In this document: positions 35,751 through 42,537 of the stretch, piece by piece
Position numbering within the stretch: the first letter of the stretch is position 1
How the letters are laid out: every line of letters begins with the position of its first letter
DNA from: Kiritimatiellota bacterium
Lineage (GTDB): Bacteria; Verrucomicrobiota; Kiritimatiellia; RFP12; UBA1067
Direction of reading: 5' to 3'
Assembly: GCA_009777165.1 (NCBI GenBank)
Contig: WRML01000001.1
Span: 1 to 51,558 of the forward strand
DNA length: 51,558 bases
The notes under the pieces: model-generated
The model's database searches: none
The model's input: only the letters and a program-made list of their open reading frames with translations
What the model was told of the DNA's origin: nothing
Translations under genes and position numbers: made by a program

Positions 35751-35790
35751 GAAACAAAAAAGCCCCCTGCAAGAGGCTTGCAAGGGGGGC
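35751..35790 (-). terminator. rho-independent terminator of the repressor operon
   Basis: The minus strand reads GCCCCCCTTGCAAG-CCT-CTTGCAGGGGGC followed by TTTTTTG. Confidence 0.6.
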
Positions 35791-35849
35791 AGAAAATCCT
35801 TCGTGTCCTTCGTGCCTTTGTGTGAGAAAGAGAGAACGCCTCACGAATA

Positions 35850-36299
35850 TCAAAATCTAACAGGATGTCCTGACAAATAATTTCTTGAAGTACTCAGACA
35901 CCAGCACAATGATAGCAACCTCTGCGACAGTTCCCGTGAATGGGACGCAAATATTACAGCAGACGTATCATCTGTATCATCTTCTTCAATCCTTGTATAA
36001 ATGAGCCTTTTTGCTTCAAATGATTTTAATACTGCTTCAGCTAAAGAATCCTTTTTCCAGCAGAAATTACGTTCATCACTTGGGATAACCATTTCCATGA
36101 TAAGATCGGTCAACTGGTTCTTAGGCGCAACTATACATATTACTGTCATCGACACATATTTTTCACCCTCTAACACAAGTGATTCATGGGCAAACCCGTT
36201 TGAATCCATCGCTTTTTGATAGAGCATCTGGAACGTATAATGCTTAAGCCATTCTGTATATGCGTTTATACATGGTGCAAGTGACATTTTTTCGTTCAT
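35850..36299 (-). CDS. hypothetical 149-aa protein co-transcribed with the repressor (AT-rich)
   Basis: ATG 36299 behind GGAGG. No recognisable motif. GC far below the prophage average. Confidence 0.5.
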   Translation of the reverse strand: MNEKMSLAPCINAYTEWLKHYTFQMLYQKAMDSNGFAHESLVLEGEKYVSMTVICIVAPKNQLTDLIMEMVIPSDERNFCWKKDSLAEAVLKSFEAKRLIYTRIEEDDTDDTSAVIFASHSRELSQRLLSLCWCLSTSRNYLSGHPVRF

Positions 36300-36318
36300 A
36301 ACACACCCTCCAACCTTC

Positions 36319-36522
36319 TTAAACTTCAGTAACCCTGTCAACATCAGCCAATTGCTTCCCGCACCACGGGCAATTTTTCTCTTTGAGACATTGAGTTAGA
36401 CCTCTTGTAACTCCGATAAAATTCTTACAAGAAAGGCATCTCATTTTACTAGGGATGGATGCACCTCTTTTTAGTCTATGAATCAAATCATTTGACCATT
36501 TCACAACAATGTCATCTTTCAT
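36319..36522 (-). CDS. zinc-ribbon protein (67 aa)
   Basis: ATG 36522 behind GAGGAGG. CLSCKNF ... CPWCGK pairs. Confidence 0.45.
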   Translation of the reverse strand: MKDDIVVKWSNDLIHRLKRGASIPSKMRCLSCKNFIGVTRGLTQCLKEKNCPWCGKQLADVDRVTEV

Positions 36523-36901
36523 TTCTTTCGCCTCCTCTATTGCCCTCAACGATTGCTTGAAGCTCATTAGTCCCCTTGAGGATGAAACCAAGAGCCTTAT
36601 TTACACGTGCGAGTTTCTGCTCTGCGCCTTGACACCGTTTCAACAAATCACCGTCATCACCTACTCTGTTTGGTGAATCACTTAATCCGAGTAGCCAATC
36701 TGTGGTTACTCCGCAATGAGTAGCAATCGCTAATAGAGCGTCTGCGTTAGGAGAGTGAACGTCTCTGACATATCTATCAACAGTCGCCTGACGAAGCCCG
36801 ACACGTCTAGCAAATGCACTAACTGACTCGTCTTTGATTAACTCATTAATTCGAGACGAAAAAATTGTTGAGACTTTTACTCTTTTTTGATTTGACACCA
36901 C
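36512..36901 (-). CDS. XRE-family (cI-like) repressor
   Basis: HTH SVSAFARRVGLRQATVDRYVRDVHSPNADALLAIATHCGVTTDWLLG. Divergent from the early operon. Confidence 0.7.
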   Translation of the reverse strand: MVSNQKRVKVSTIFSSRINELIKDESVSAFARRVGLRQATVDRYVRDVHSPNADALLAIATHCGVTTDWLLGLSDSPNRVGDDGDLLKRCQGAEQKLARVNKALGFILKGTNELQAIVEGNRGGERNER

Positions 36902-36987
36902 TACTCCTTTTTGTTTAATATGCTCCTCACGTTACGCGAAATGGTTTGATTGTAACACGAAACGGTTGAGGAATGAAAGGAGAAAGT
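36902..36987. promoter_or_regulatory. divergent early/repressor control region with repeated operator-like sites
   Basis: AT-rich 86 bp between divergent genes. Contains the similar direct repeats GTTACGCGAAATGG and GTAACACGAAACGG. Confidence 0.4.
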
Positions 36988-37173
36988 ATGAGTGCTGGAA
37001 AGGCGAAGGCGAAGAGGGGAAAAAGGAAGTGGAGGGCGGTGTACCGCGGGATCACGGCGCACGCGGCGGCGCTGGGGTGCACGCGGCCGCACCTGTGGAT
37101 GGTGCTGACGGGGCGCAGGCAGAGCAAGAGCCTGACGGCGCGGTACAACGCGCTGGTCAAGGCGCAGGGGTAG
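36988..37173 (+). CDS. Ner/Cro-like small DNA-binding protein
   Basis: ATG 36988 behind AAAGGAG. Basic N-terminus and HTH-like ITAHAAALGCTRPHLWMVLTGRR. Confidence 0.45.
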   Translation: MSAGKAKAKRGKRKWRAVYRGITAHAAALGCTRPHLWMVLTGRRQSKSLTARYNALVKAQG

Positions 37174-37243
37174 GAGGACGGATTTTAATCAGGAATTAGA
37201 AATTAGGAATTAGGAATTAGGAATTAGGAAAGGAAGACAGGAG

Positions 37244-37366
37244 ATGGAAAAATTCATGAATTGGGTTATTTGTTTGACTGCGTGCATGTTGTGTGTCTTT
37301 TTGTTCGTGGGCTTATTATTAATGATTGTGTTGATTGGCGAAGAGCTGGTCAAGGCGCTGGGGTAG
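37244..37366 (+). CDS. 40-aa single-TM peptide on an AT-rich cassette
   Basis: MEKFMNWVICLTACMLCVFLFVGLLLMIVLIGEELVKALG. Not in the ORF track. Bounded by ~90-nt direct repeats. Confidence 0.4.
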   Translation: MEKFMNWVICLTACMLCVFLFVGLLLMIVLIGEELVKALG

Positions 37367-37423
37367 GAGGACGGATTTACAGTCAGGAATTAGGAATTAG
37401 GAATTAGGAAAGGAAGACAGGAC

Positions 37424-37612
37424 ATGAAGGCATATAAAATCACATGGGAGCACGTCGAGGGCGACGGCATATTCACGCTGATGCAGGGAATGCCGAGCGG
37501 GACGCGCGGCGAGACCGTCTGGGCGGAAAGCGAGAAGGACGCGGTGGCGGCGTTCGAGGCCTGCCACCGCCACGGCAGCAGGCTGGTGAGCGTGAGGGAG
37601 GTGGCGCGATGA
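37424..37612 (+). CDS. hypothetical early protein (62 aa)
   Basis: ATG behind AGGAAAGGAAGACAGGAC. The stop overlaps the next start. Confidence 0.5.
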   Translation: MKAYKITWEHVEGDGIFTLMQGMPSGTRGETVWAESEKDAVAAFEACHRHGSRLVSVREVAR

Positions 37613-37992
37613 AGCGGGTCGGCGGGCGGGTGACATGGCTGTGCAGGCTCGACGGCGTTCTCGCGGAAAAGGTCAGGGAAGGGACGAAGCGCATGACGAT
37701 ATGCCGGGGCGGCCTCGTCGAGCCCGGGGACGTGCTGAGGCTGACCGTGGGCGACGACACGATCCAGCAGGTGACGGTGGTCGAGGCGCGGGACCTGTGG
37801 ATGATGGCACAGGTCAACGGCGAGTGCGTCGGCGTGGTCGCGAGGATCTGCGGGAACGGCATCGGGGCCGGTGAGCTCGGTGAGCTTGCGAGGATGAACG
37901 GGTTCGGGTCGGCCCCGGAGATGGTCCGGTTCCTGGACGGGAAGGGGTGTTTCCTTCACGGCATCTTCGACGGGCAAATCATCGGGTGGTGA
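37609..37992 (+). CDS. ASCH/PUA-like domain protein
   Basis: ATGA overlap with the upstream gene. GTKRMTICRGGLVEPGDVLRLTVGDD pattern. Confidence 0.4.
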   Translation: MKRVGGRVTWLCRLDGVLAEKVREGTKRMTICRGGLVEPGDVLRLTVGDDTIQQVTVVEARDLWMMAQVNGECVGVVARICGNGIGAGELGELARMNGFGSAPEMVRFLDGKGCFLHGIFDGQIIGW

Positions 37993-38004
37993 GGGGTACA
38001 GTGA

Positions 38005-38126
38005 GTAGCGGTTAGTGGTTAGTTTACAGTTTTTAGTTTTTAGTTTTTAGAGCAATGCCTCGAAGCGCATCAACTAAAAACTATAAACTAAAAACTCAAA
38101 ACTCAAAAAAAAACGGAGTTTTTTTT
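38005..38126 (+). repeat. 122-nt hairpin leader, copy 1
   Basis: GTAGCGGTTAGTGGTTAGTTTACAGTTTTTAGTTTTTAGTTTTTAG-AGCAATGCCTCGAAGCGCATCAA-CTAAAAAC... ending in A9-CGGAG-T8. The first 78 nt are identical to 40351..40428. Confidence 0.9.
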
Positions 38127-38408
38127 ATGGCACAGGCAGACATCTTCGCGCAGGGCGCAGGGCCGGGGTTCGCGGCGCTGGTGAGGAAACGGCTGGGGGC
38201 CGCGGAGTGGTTCGCGGTGCCGGACGTGGCGGGGGCGTTCAACGTGAGCGCGACGAGCGTCCACCAGTGGATCGAGGAGGGGCGGCTCGTGGCGGCGGAC
38301 ATCAACGCGGGCAGGGTGTCCGGCAAGGGGTCGCCGATGCGGCCGTACTGGCGCGTGACGCGCGCCTCGGCGGAGGCGCTGGCGGACAGGATCGAGCGGG
38401 GGTACTGA
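38127..38408 (+). CDS. excisionase-family HTH DNA-binding protein
   Basis: ATG 38127 directly after A9-CGGAG-T8. FAVPDVAGAFNVSATSVHQWIEEGRL. Confidence 0.5.
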   Translation: MAQADIFAQGAGPGFAALVRKRLGAAEWFAVPDVAGAFNVSATSVHQWIEEGRLVAADINAGRVSGKGSPMRPYWRVTRASAEALADRIERGY

Positions 38409-38410
38409 AG

Positions 38411-38833
38411 ATGAGTAGTCCGGGGGAGATGATGTTCGTGGCGAAGCCGGGCTACGGGCGGACGCGGGCGCGGCCGAACCCGATGGCGGCGGCGGTGCGC
38501 TCGGCGCGGGGATGCTGGCTGGCGTTCGCGACGGTCTGCTGGCTGCAGTTCGAGGCGGATGAGAACTGGCGGGTGCCGGAGAGCCTGCGCGTGAGGTCGC
38601 TGCCGGGCTCGTGCGCGGGGTGCGCGTTCGGGACGCGGGTGGCGTTTGATTCGCGCTGGCCGCTGTTCTGCGAGGCGGCGCACCGGATGATTCCGCGCCC
38701 GCCGTTCGACAGCGATACGCGGCGGGCGCCGTTCTGCCCGCTCGCCGAGGACGCGGGGGCAAGGCTGGAGCCGGGCAGGTGCCCGGCGGCGGAGAGGATG
38801 GCGGGGGAAGTTATACTTAGGAATGAGGAATGA
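38411..38833 (+). CDS. hypothetical Cys-rich early protein
   Basis: ATG 38411 lies 2 nt after the upstream stop. The C-terminal LRNEE residues are read from the junction repeat. Confidence 0.4.
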   Translation: MSSPGEMMFVAKPGYGRTRARPNPMAAAVRSARGCWLAFATVCWLQFEADENWRVPESLRVRSLPGSCAGCAFGTRVAFDSRWPLFCEAAHRMIPRPPFDSDTRRAPFCPLAEDAGARLEPGRCPAAERMAGEVILRNEE

Positions 38834-38891
38834 GGAATTAGGAATTTCGATGGCCGTCGATGGCGGTCGATGGCAGTCGAAATTCCTAATT
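38817..38891. repeat. junction hairpin element
   Basis: TTAGGAATGAGGAATGAGGAATTAGGAATT arm, (TCGATGGCNG)x3 core, AATTCCTAATT arm. Confidence 0.8.
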
Positions 38892-38912
38892 GAAAAAATC
38901 GGAGGCTTTTTT

Positions 38913-39152
38913 ATGACGGAAGGACAGAAGGACACAAGGACGGATGGACGGGTGGACTGCTGCACGGACACGGGCGGGTGCCCGGCGTGGCTGTTCGCCG
39001 TGGTGATGCTGGCGGCGCTCGTGATACTGGCGCTCACCGAGGGGGAGCCGGAGCCGTGCTACCCGGACCCGGTGTGCGAGATGTGCGGGCAGGTGCTGGA
39101 CGGGAGCCACACGCCGTGGTGTACGCCGGAATGGGAAGCGGAGGGGAAATGA
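38913..39152 (+). CDS. small membrane protein
   Basis: ATG 38913 behind A6-TCGGAGGC-T6. WLFAVVMLAALVILAL TM segment. Confidence 0.45.
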   Translation: MTEGQKDTRTDGRVDCCTDTGGCPAWLFAVVMLAALVILALTEGEPEPCYPDPVCEMCGQVLDGSHTPWCTPEWEAEGK

Positions 39153-40354
39153 GCATGGACTATCTGGAAAACGAGGCGTTCAGGCGGCTGTGCAATGAGC
39201 CGGACGTCAGGATTGACGATAACCACTACAGGGTTGACACGCACCAGCTCATGATCAAGCGCAGGCTTGAGGGCACGAGCGGCTGGAAGAGGCACCAGCG
39301 CTTCGACACGCACGAGGCGATGGAGCGGGCGTGGGCGGACATCAAGGGGATTGACGGGGCGGTGGCGGAGGATTATCTGTCATCGAACAAAACGAATGAA
39401 ACGAATAAAGGCATTCACGCGGATTCGTTGCATTCGATGACAGGGCTGTATGCGCCCTCCGCAGGAGGGAACACCCCCGGCCGGGATACCGGCCACCCCC
39501 TTTCAAAAGGGGGCTTGGGCGGCACCCCCTTTCAAAAGGGGGCGGTGGCGGCGCAGGGGCAGCTTTTCACGCGGCACGACGGCGCGCACACGGCGCAGGC
39601 GGTGTCGGAGCAGTACAGGCGGGCGGTGAGCGGGCTTCTGGAGGGTATCCGCTTCGGCGCGATGCTCCTGGACCTTCAGGACAGCTTGATAATTTGTCGC
39701 GACAAATTTTCAAGTTTCTTCGCCCACGGTGGGGACAGGAGGGGCGGGACTGGCGTCAAGGAGTGGCTTTCGGAGCATTGCCCGGAGGTTGACTACGGGT
39801 GGGCAATGAAGTTCAAGCGGCTTGCGGAGGGCGTGCTGGAGCATTGCAAGGTGCCTGCGGAAGTGCCGCTGGCGCTTGCCCTGCCGCAACCCTACGGCTT
39901 GGAACTGTATGCGCCCTCCGCAGGAGGGAACACCCCCGGCCGGGATACCGGTCTCCCCCTTTCAGAAGGGGGCTTGGGTGGCGCCCCCTTCGGGAAGGGG
40001 GCCGCGGAGGACGCGGAGGTTGCCGGGGACAAGAGGCTGGCGAAGGTCCGGCGGGAGGTCGCGCTGTTCCTTGAGGGGAAGAGCGCGCGGCAGCTGGAGT
40101 TCGAGTTCGGGCACAGGGAGCCGAAGCCGAGGGGGGGGGACAGGCGCAGCGGGATCAGGCTGACCGAGATCGAGAAGCATGAGTATGCGGTGGAGCGCGC
40201 GAGGCGGGACTGGACGAGGGCGCTGGCGGACATCAAGGCGCTGGTGGAGATGCAGACGCACCTGCTGCTGGACGAGGATATGCTGGCAAGGGGCGTGGAG
40301 GTCCTGGCGATCGCGAGGGACGGTCTCCGCGCGGCGCAGGGGAAGAGGAAGTAG
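39149..40354 (+). CDS. hypothetical early protein carrying two copies of a 97-nt multi-hairpin module
   Basis: ATGA overlap with the upstream gene; 401 aa. LYAPSAGGNTPGRDTG(H/L)PLS(K/E)GGLGG repeated at 39446..39542 and 39905..40001. Confidence 0.5.
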   Translation: MSMDYLENEAFRRLCNEPDVRIDDNHYRVDTHQLMIKRRLEGTSGWKRHQRFDTHEAMERAWADIKGIDGAVAEDYLSSNKTNETNKGIHADSLHSMTGLYAPSAGGNTPGRDTGHPLSKGGLGGTPFQKGAVAAQGQLFTRHDGAHTAQAVSEQYRRAVSGLLEGIRFGAMLLDLQDSLIICRDKFSSFFAHGGDRRGGTGVKEWLSEHCPEVDYGWAMKFKRLAEGVLEHCKVPAEVPLALALPQPYGLELYAPSAGGNTPGRDTGLPLSEGGLGGAPFGKGAAEDAEVAGDKRLAKVRREVALFLEGKSARQLEFEFGHREPKPRGGDRRSGIRLTEIEKHEYAVERARRDWTRALADIKALVEMQTHLLLDEDMLARGVEVLAIARDGLRAAQGKRK

Positions 40355-40472
40355 CGGTTAGTGGTTAGTTTACAGTTTTTAGTTTTTAGTTTTTAGAGCA
40401 ATGCCTCGAAGCGCATCAACTAAAAACTAAAAACTGTAAACTAAAAACTCAAAAAAAAACGGAGTTTTTCTT
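40351..40472 (+). repeat. 122-nt hairpin leader, copy 2 (upstream of the transposase)
   Basis: Near-identical to 38005..38126. Confidence 0.9.
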
Positions 40473-42521
40473 ATGATGGAGAAGATGGACGGGGGCACGG
40501 CGGCGGTGGCGTTGCCGTTGCTGGACGACACGGGGGCGCGGGCGCGGGCGGCGTGGCTGGAGGCGGCGTGCCGGGAGATACGGGGCGCGGGGCGCGGCAA
40601 GGTGGCGCGGATGCGGGCGATCGCGAGGGCGAACCCGCACAGGGTTGCGTTCGGGACGTTGAAGCGGCTCTACTACAGCTGGCTGGAGCATGGGGAGGAC
40701 GGGCTTGCGGATCTGCGCAAGGCGCGCAGGCCGGGGCGGGAGAACCCGTGGCTGGAGTGCTACAAGGCGTGGTGCGGGCGTCACAACAGGAGCAACCGGG
40801 GGGCGTGGCGGAAGATGCTCGAGGCGTTCCACTCCGGGGCGGAGATGGAGTGCGGGGTCGGGACGTGGCACGGGTGGTGGCGGGCGGAGCACGGCGCGCC
40901 CCCCCCGGCGCATTGCCCGGCGTCGTTCATCCCGAGGTGCGCGCGGTACGCGGGCCTGCAGCGGCTCTACAGGCGGGACCCGGCCTACGGGTTCAACCTC
41001 GCGGCGGAGCGGCTGGGGCGCAAGGCGGCGCACGCGCACATCCTGCCCGTGCTGCGGACGCGCGCGGGGCTGGCGTGCGGGCAGTACGTCGAGTGGGACG
41101 ACGTGCACCTGGACGTCGAGGTGGTGATGCCGGGGCAGGGCGTCATCGCGCGGCCGCAGGCGTTCGTAGGGTATGACGTGGCGAGCGGCATGATGGTGGG
41201 GCACACGCTGAGGCCGCAGTATCCGGAAGAAGTCAAAAAGCCAAGAAATGGAGAAGTCGAGAAGTCCAGGCGGAATAGTCTCAAGGAGCGTGAGTTCAGG
41301 TTTTTGCTGGCGCACTTCCACACGGACGTGGGCTTCCACCCGGGCGGCGTCGTCCACGTGGTGGAGCACGGGACGACGGCGGTGCGCGAGGGTCTGGAGC
41401 TGCGCTACAGGTCCATCCCGAGATACGGGGAGATGATACGCTTCGAGCGCTCGGGCTTCCTTTCGGAGGCAATCCACGCGGGGGTGTTCAAGGGGAACGG
41501 CGGCGGCAACCCCCGCCTGAAGGCGTACTGCGAGCAGGCCCACCGCAACCTGCATTCGGCGCTGGCGATGCTGCCGGGGCAGGTGGGGCAGGACGCGGAT
41601 CACCGTCCGGAGTCGCACGCCGCGCTGGTCAGATACGAGGCGGCGCTGCTGAGGGCCTGCGAGACGCTCCCCCCGGACGCGCTGGACCGCATTGTCCACA
41701 GGCTCATGGACTACGGCGCGTTTGCGCGGAACTTCGCCCTTTTGTGCGAGGCCCTGATGGACAGGGCCGACCACCGGATGGAAGGGTTCGGGGAGAAGCG
41801 CGTGACGCTGTTCCGCCTGGACGCGGCGCAGGAGTGGGTGCCGGTGTCGCGGCTTGACGACGAGCCTGAGGAGAGGCGCGCGGCGATCATCCAGTACCTG
41901 CGCAACAACCCCGAGTGCATCCTGAACAGGCAGATGTCGCGCCGCGAGGCGTGGGACGCGGGCAGGCGCGACCTGATCCGCGTCCCGATGCACGAGCTGC
42001 CGCTCATGCTCGACCCCTCCGACGCGCGGGAGGTCACGGTCAGGGACAACGGCACGTTCGAGTTCACGGACCAGTTCTACCACGGCCCGGACAAGGTCAT
42101 CTTTCATGCGCAGTGCAAGAGCCGCGCGGGGTTCATGCAAGCCCTTGTGCCGGGGTGCAGATATATGCTTTTCACCACGCCGTTCCACCATCAGGGCGTG
42201 ATCGTGGACAAGGCGAGCGGCAACGTCGTCGGCGTGTGCCAGCAGTACAGGCGCGCGCCGCGCTACGACCGCGACGCGATCGTGCGCGCGGCGGGGGCGC
42301 AGAACCATGACTTGGCGCAGAAGCTCCTGCCCATCCGTGGGCGGCGCCAGGCAGAGGCGGAGCAGCGGCTGGCGATGATCGGGCACAACGCGGACGTGCT
42401 GAGGGAGGCGAGGCAAACCCACGGCTTGGACACAAGCCACCCCCTTTCAAAAGGGGGCGATGAGAATTTCTGGGCCGAGGAGGATGAGGGCATCCCCGAG
42501 GCCGTCAGAGAGGCACACTAA
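40473..42521 (+). CDS. MuA-like DDE transposase
   Basis: 682 aa. N-terminal HTH-like TLKRLYYSWLEHGEDGLADL. YVEWDDVHLDVEVV and NPRLKAYCEQAHRNLH catalytic-type blocks. Followed by the MuB-like ATPase. Confidence 0.7.
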   Translation: MMEKMDGGTAAVALPLLDDTGARARAAWLEAACREIRGAGRGKVARMRAIARANPHRVAFGTLKRLYYSWLEHGEDGLADLRKARRPGRENPWLECYKAWCGRHNRSNRGAWRKMLEAFHSGAEMECGVGTWHGWWRAEHGAPPPAHCPASFIPRCARYAGLQRLYRRDPAYGFNLAAERLGRKAAHAHILPVLRTRAGLACGQYVEWDDVHLDVEVVMPGQGVIARPQAFVGYDVASGMMVGHTLRPQYPEEVKKPRNGEVEKSRRNSLKEREFRFLLAHFHTDVGFHPGGVVHVVEHGTTAVREGLELRYRSIPRYGEMIRFERSGFLSEAIHAGVFKGNGGGNPRLKAYCEQAHRNLHSALAMLPGQVGQDADHRPESHAALVRYEAALLRACETLPPDALDRIVHRLMDYGAFARNFALLCEALMDRADHRMEGFGEKRVTLFRLDAAQEWVPVSRLDDEPEERRAAIIQYLRNNPECILNRQMSRREAWDAGRRDLIRVPMHELPLMLDPSDAREVTVRDNGTFEFTDQFYHGPDKVIFHAQCKSRAGFMQALVPGCRYMLFTTPFHHQGVIVDKASGNVVGVCQQYRRAPRYDRDAIVRAAGAQNHDLAQKLLPIRGRRQAEAEQRLAMIGHNADVLREARQTHGLDTSHPLSKGGDENFWAEEDEGIPEAVREAH

Positions 42522-42537
42522 GAAAAGGAAGACAGAC

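Noticed and set aside
35663-35860. ORF 35663..35860(+), 65 aa, in the late control region.
   Set aside because: It starts inside the CAATTGA heptamer array, runs through the terminator hairpin, has no ribosome-binding site and has a low-complexity basic product.
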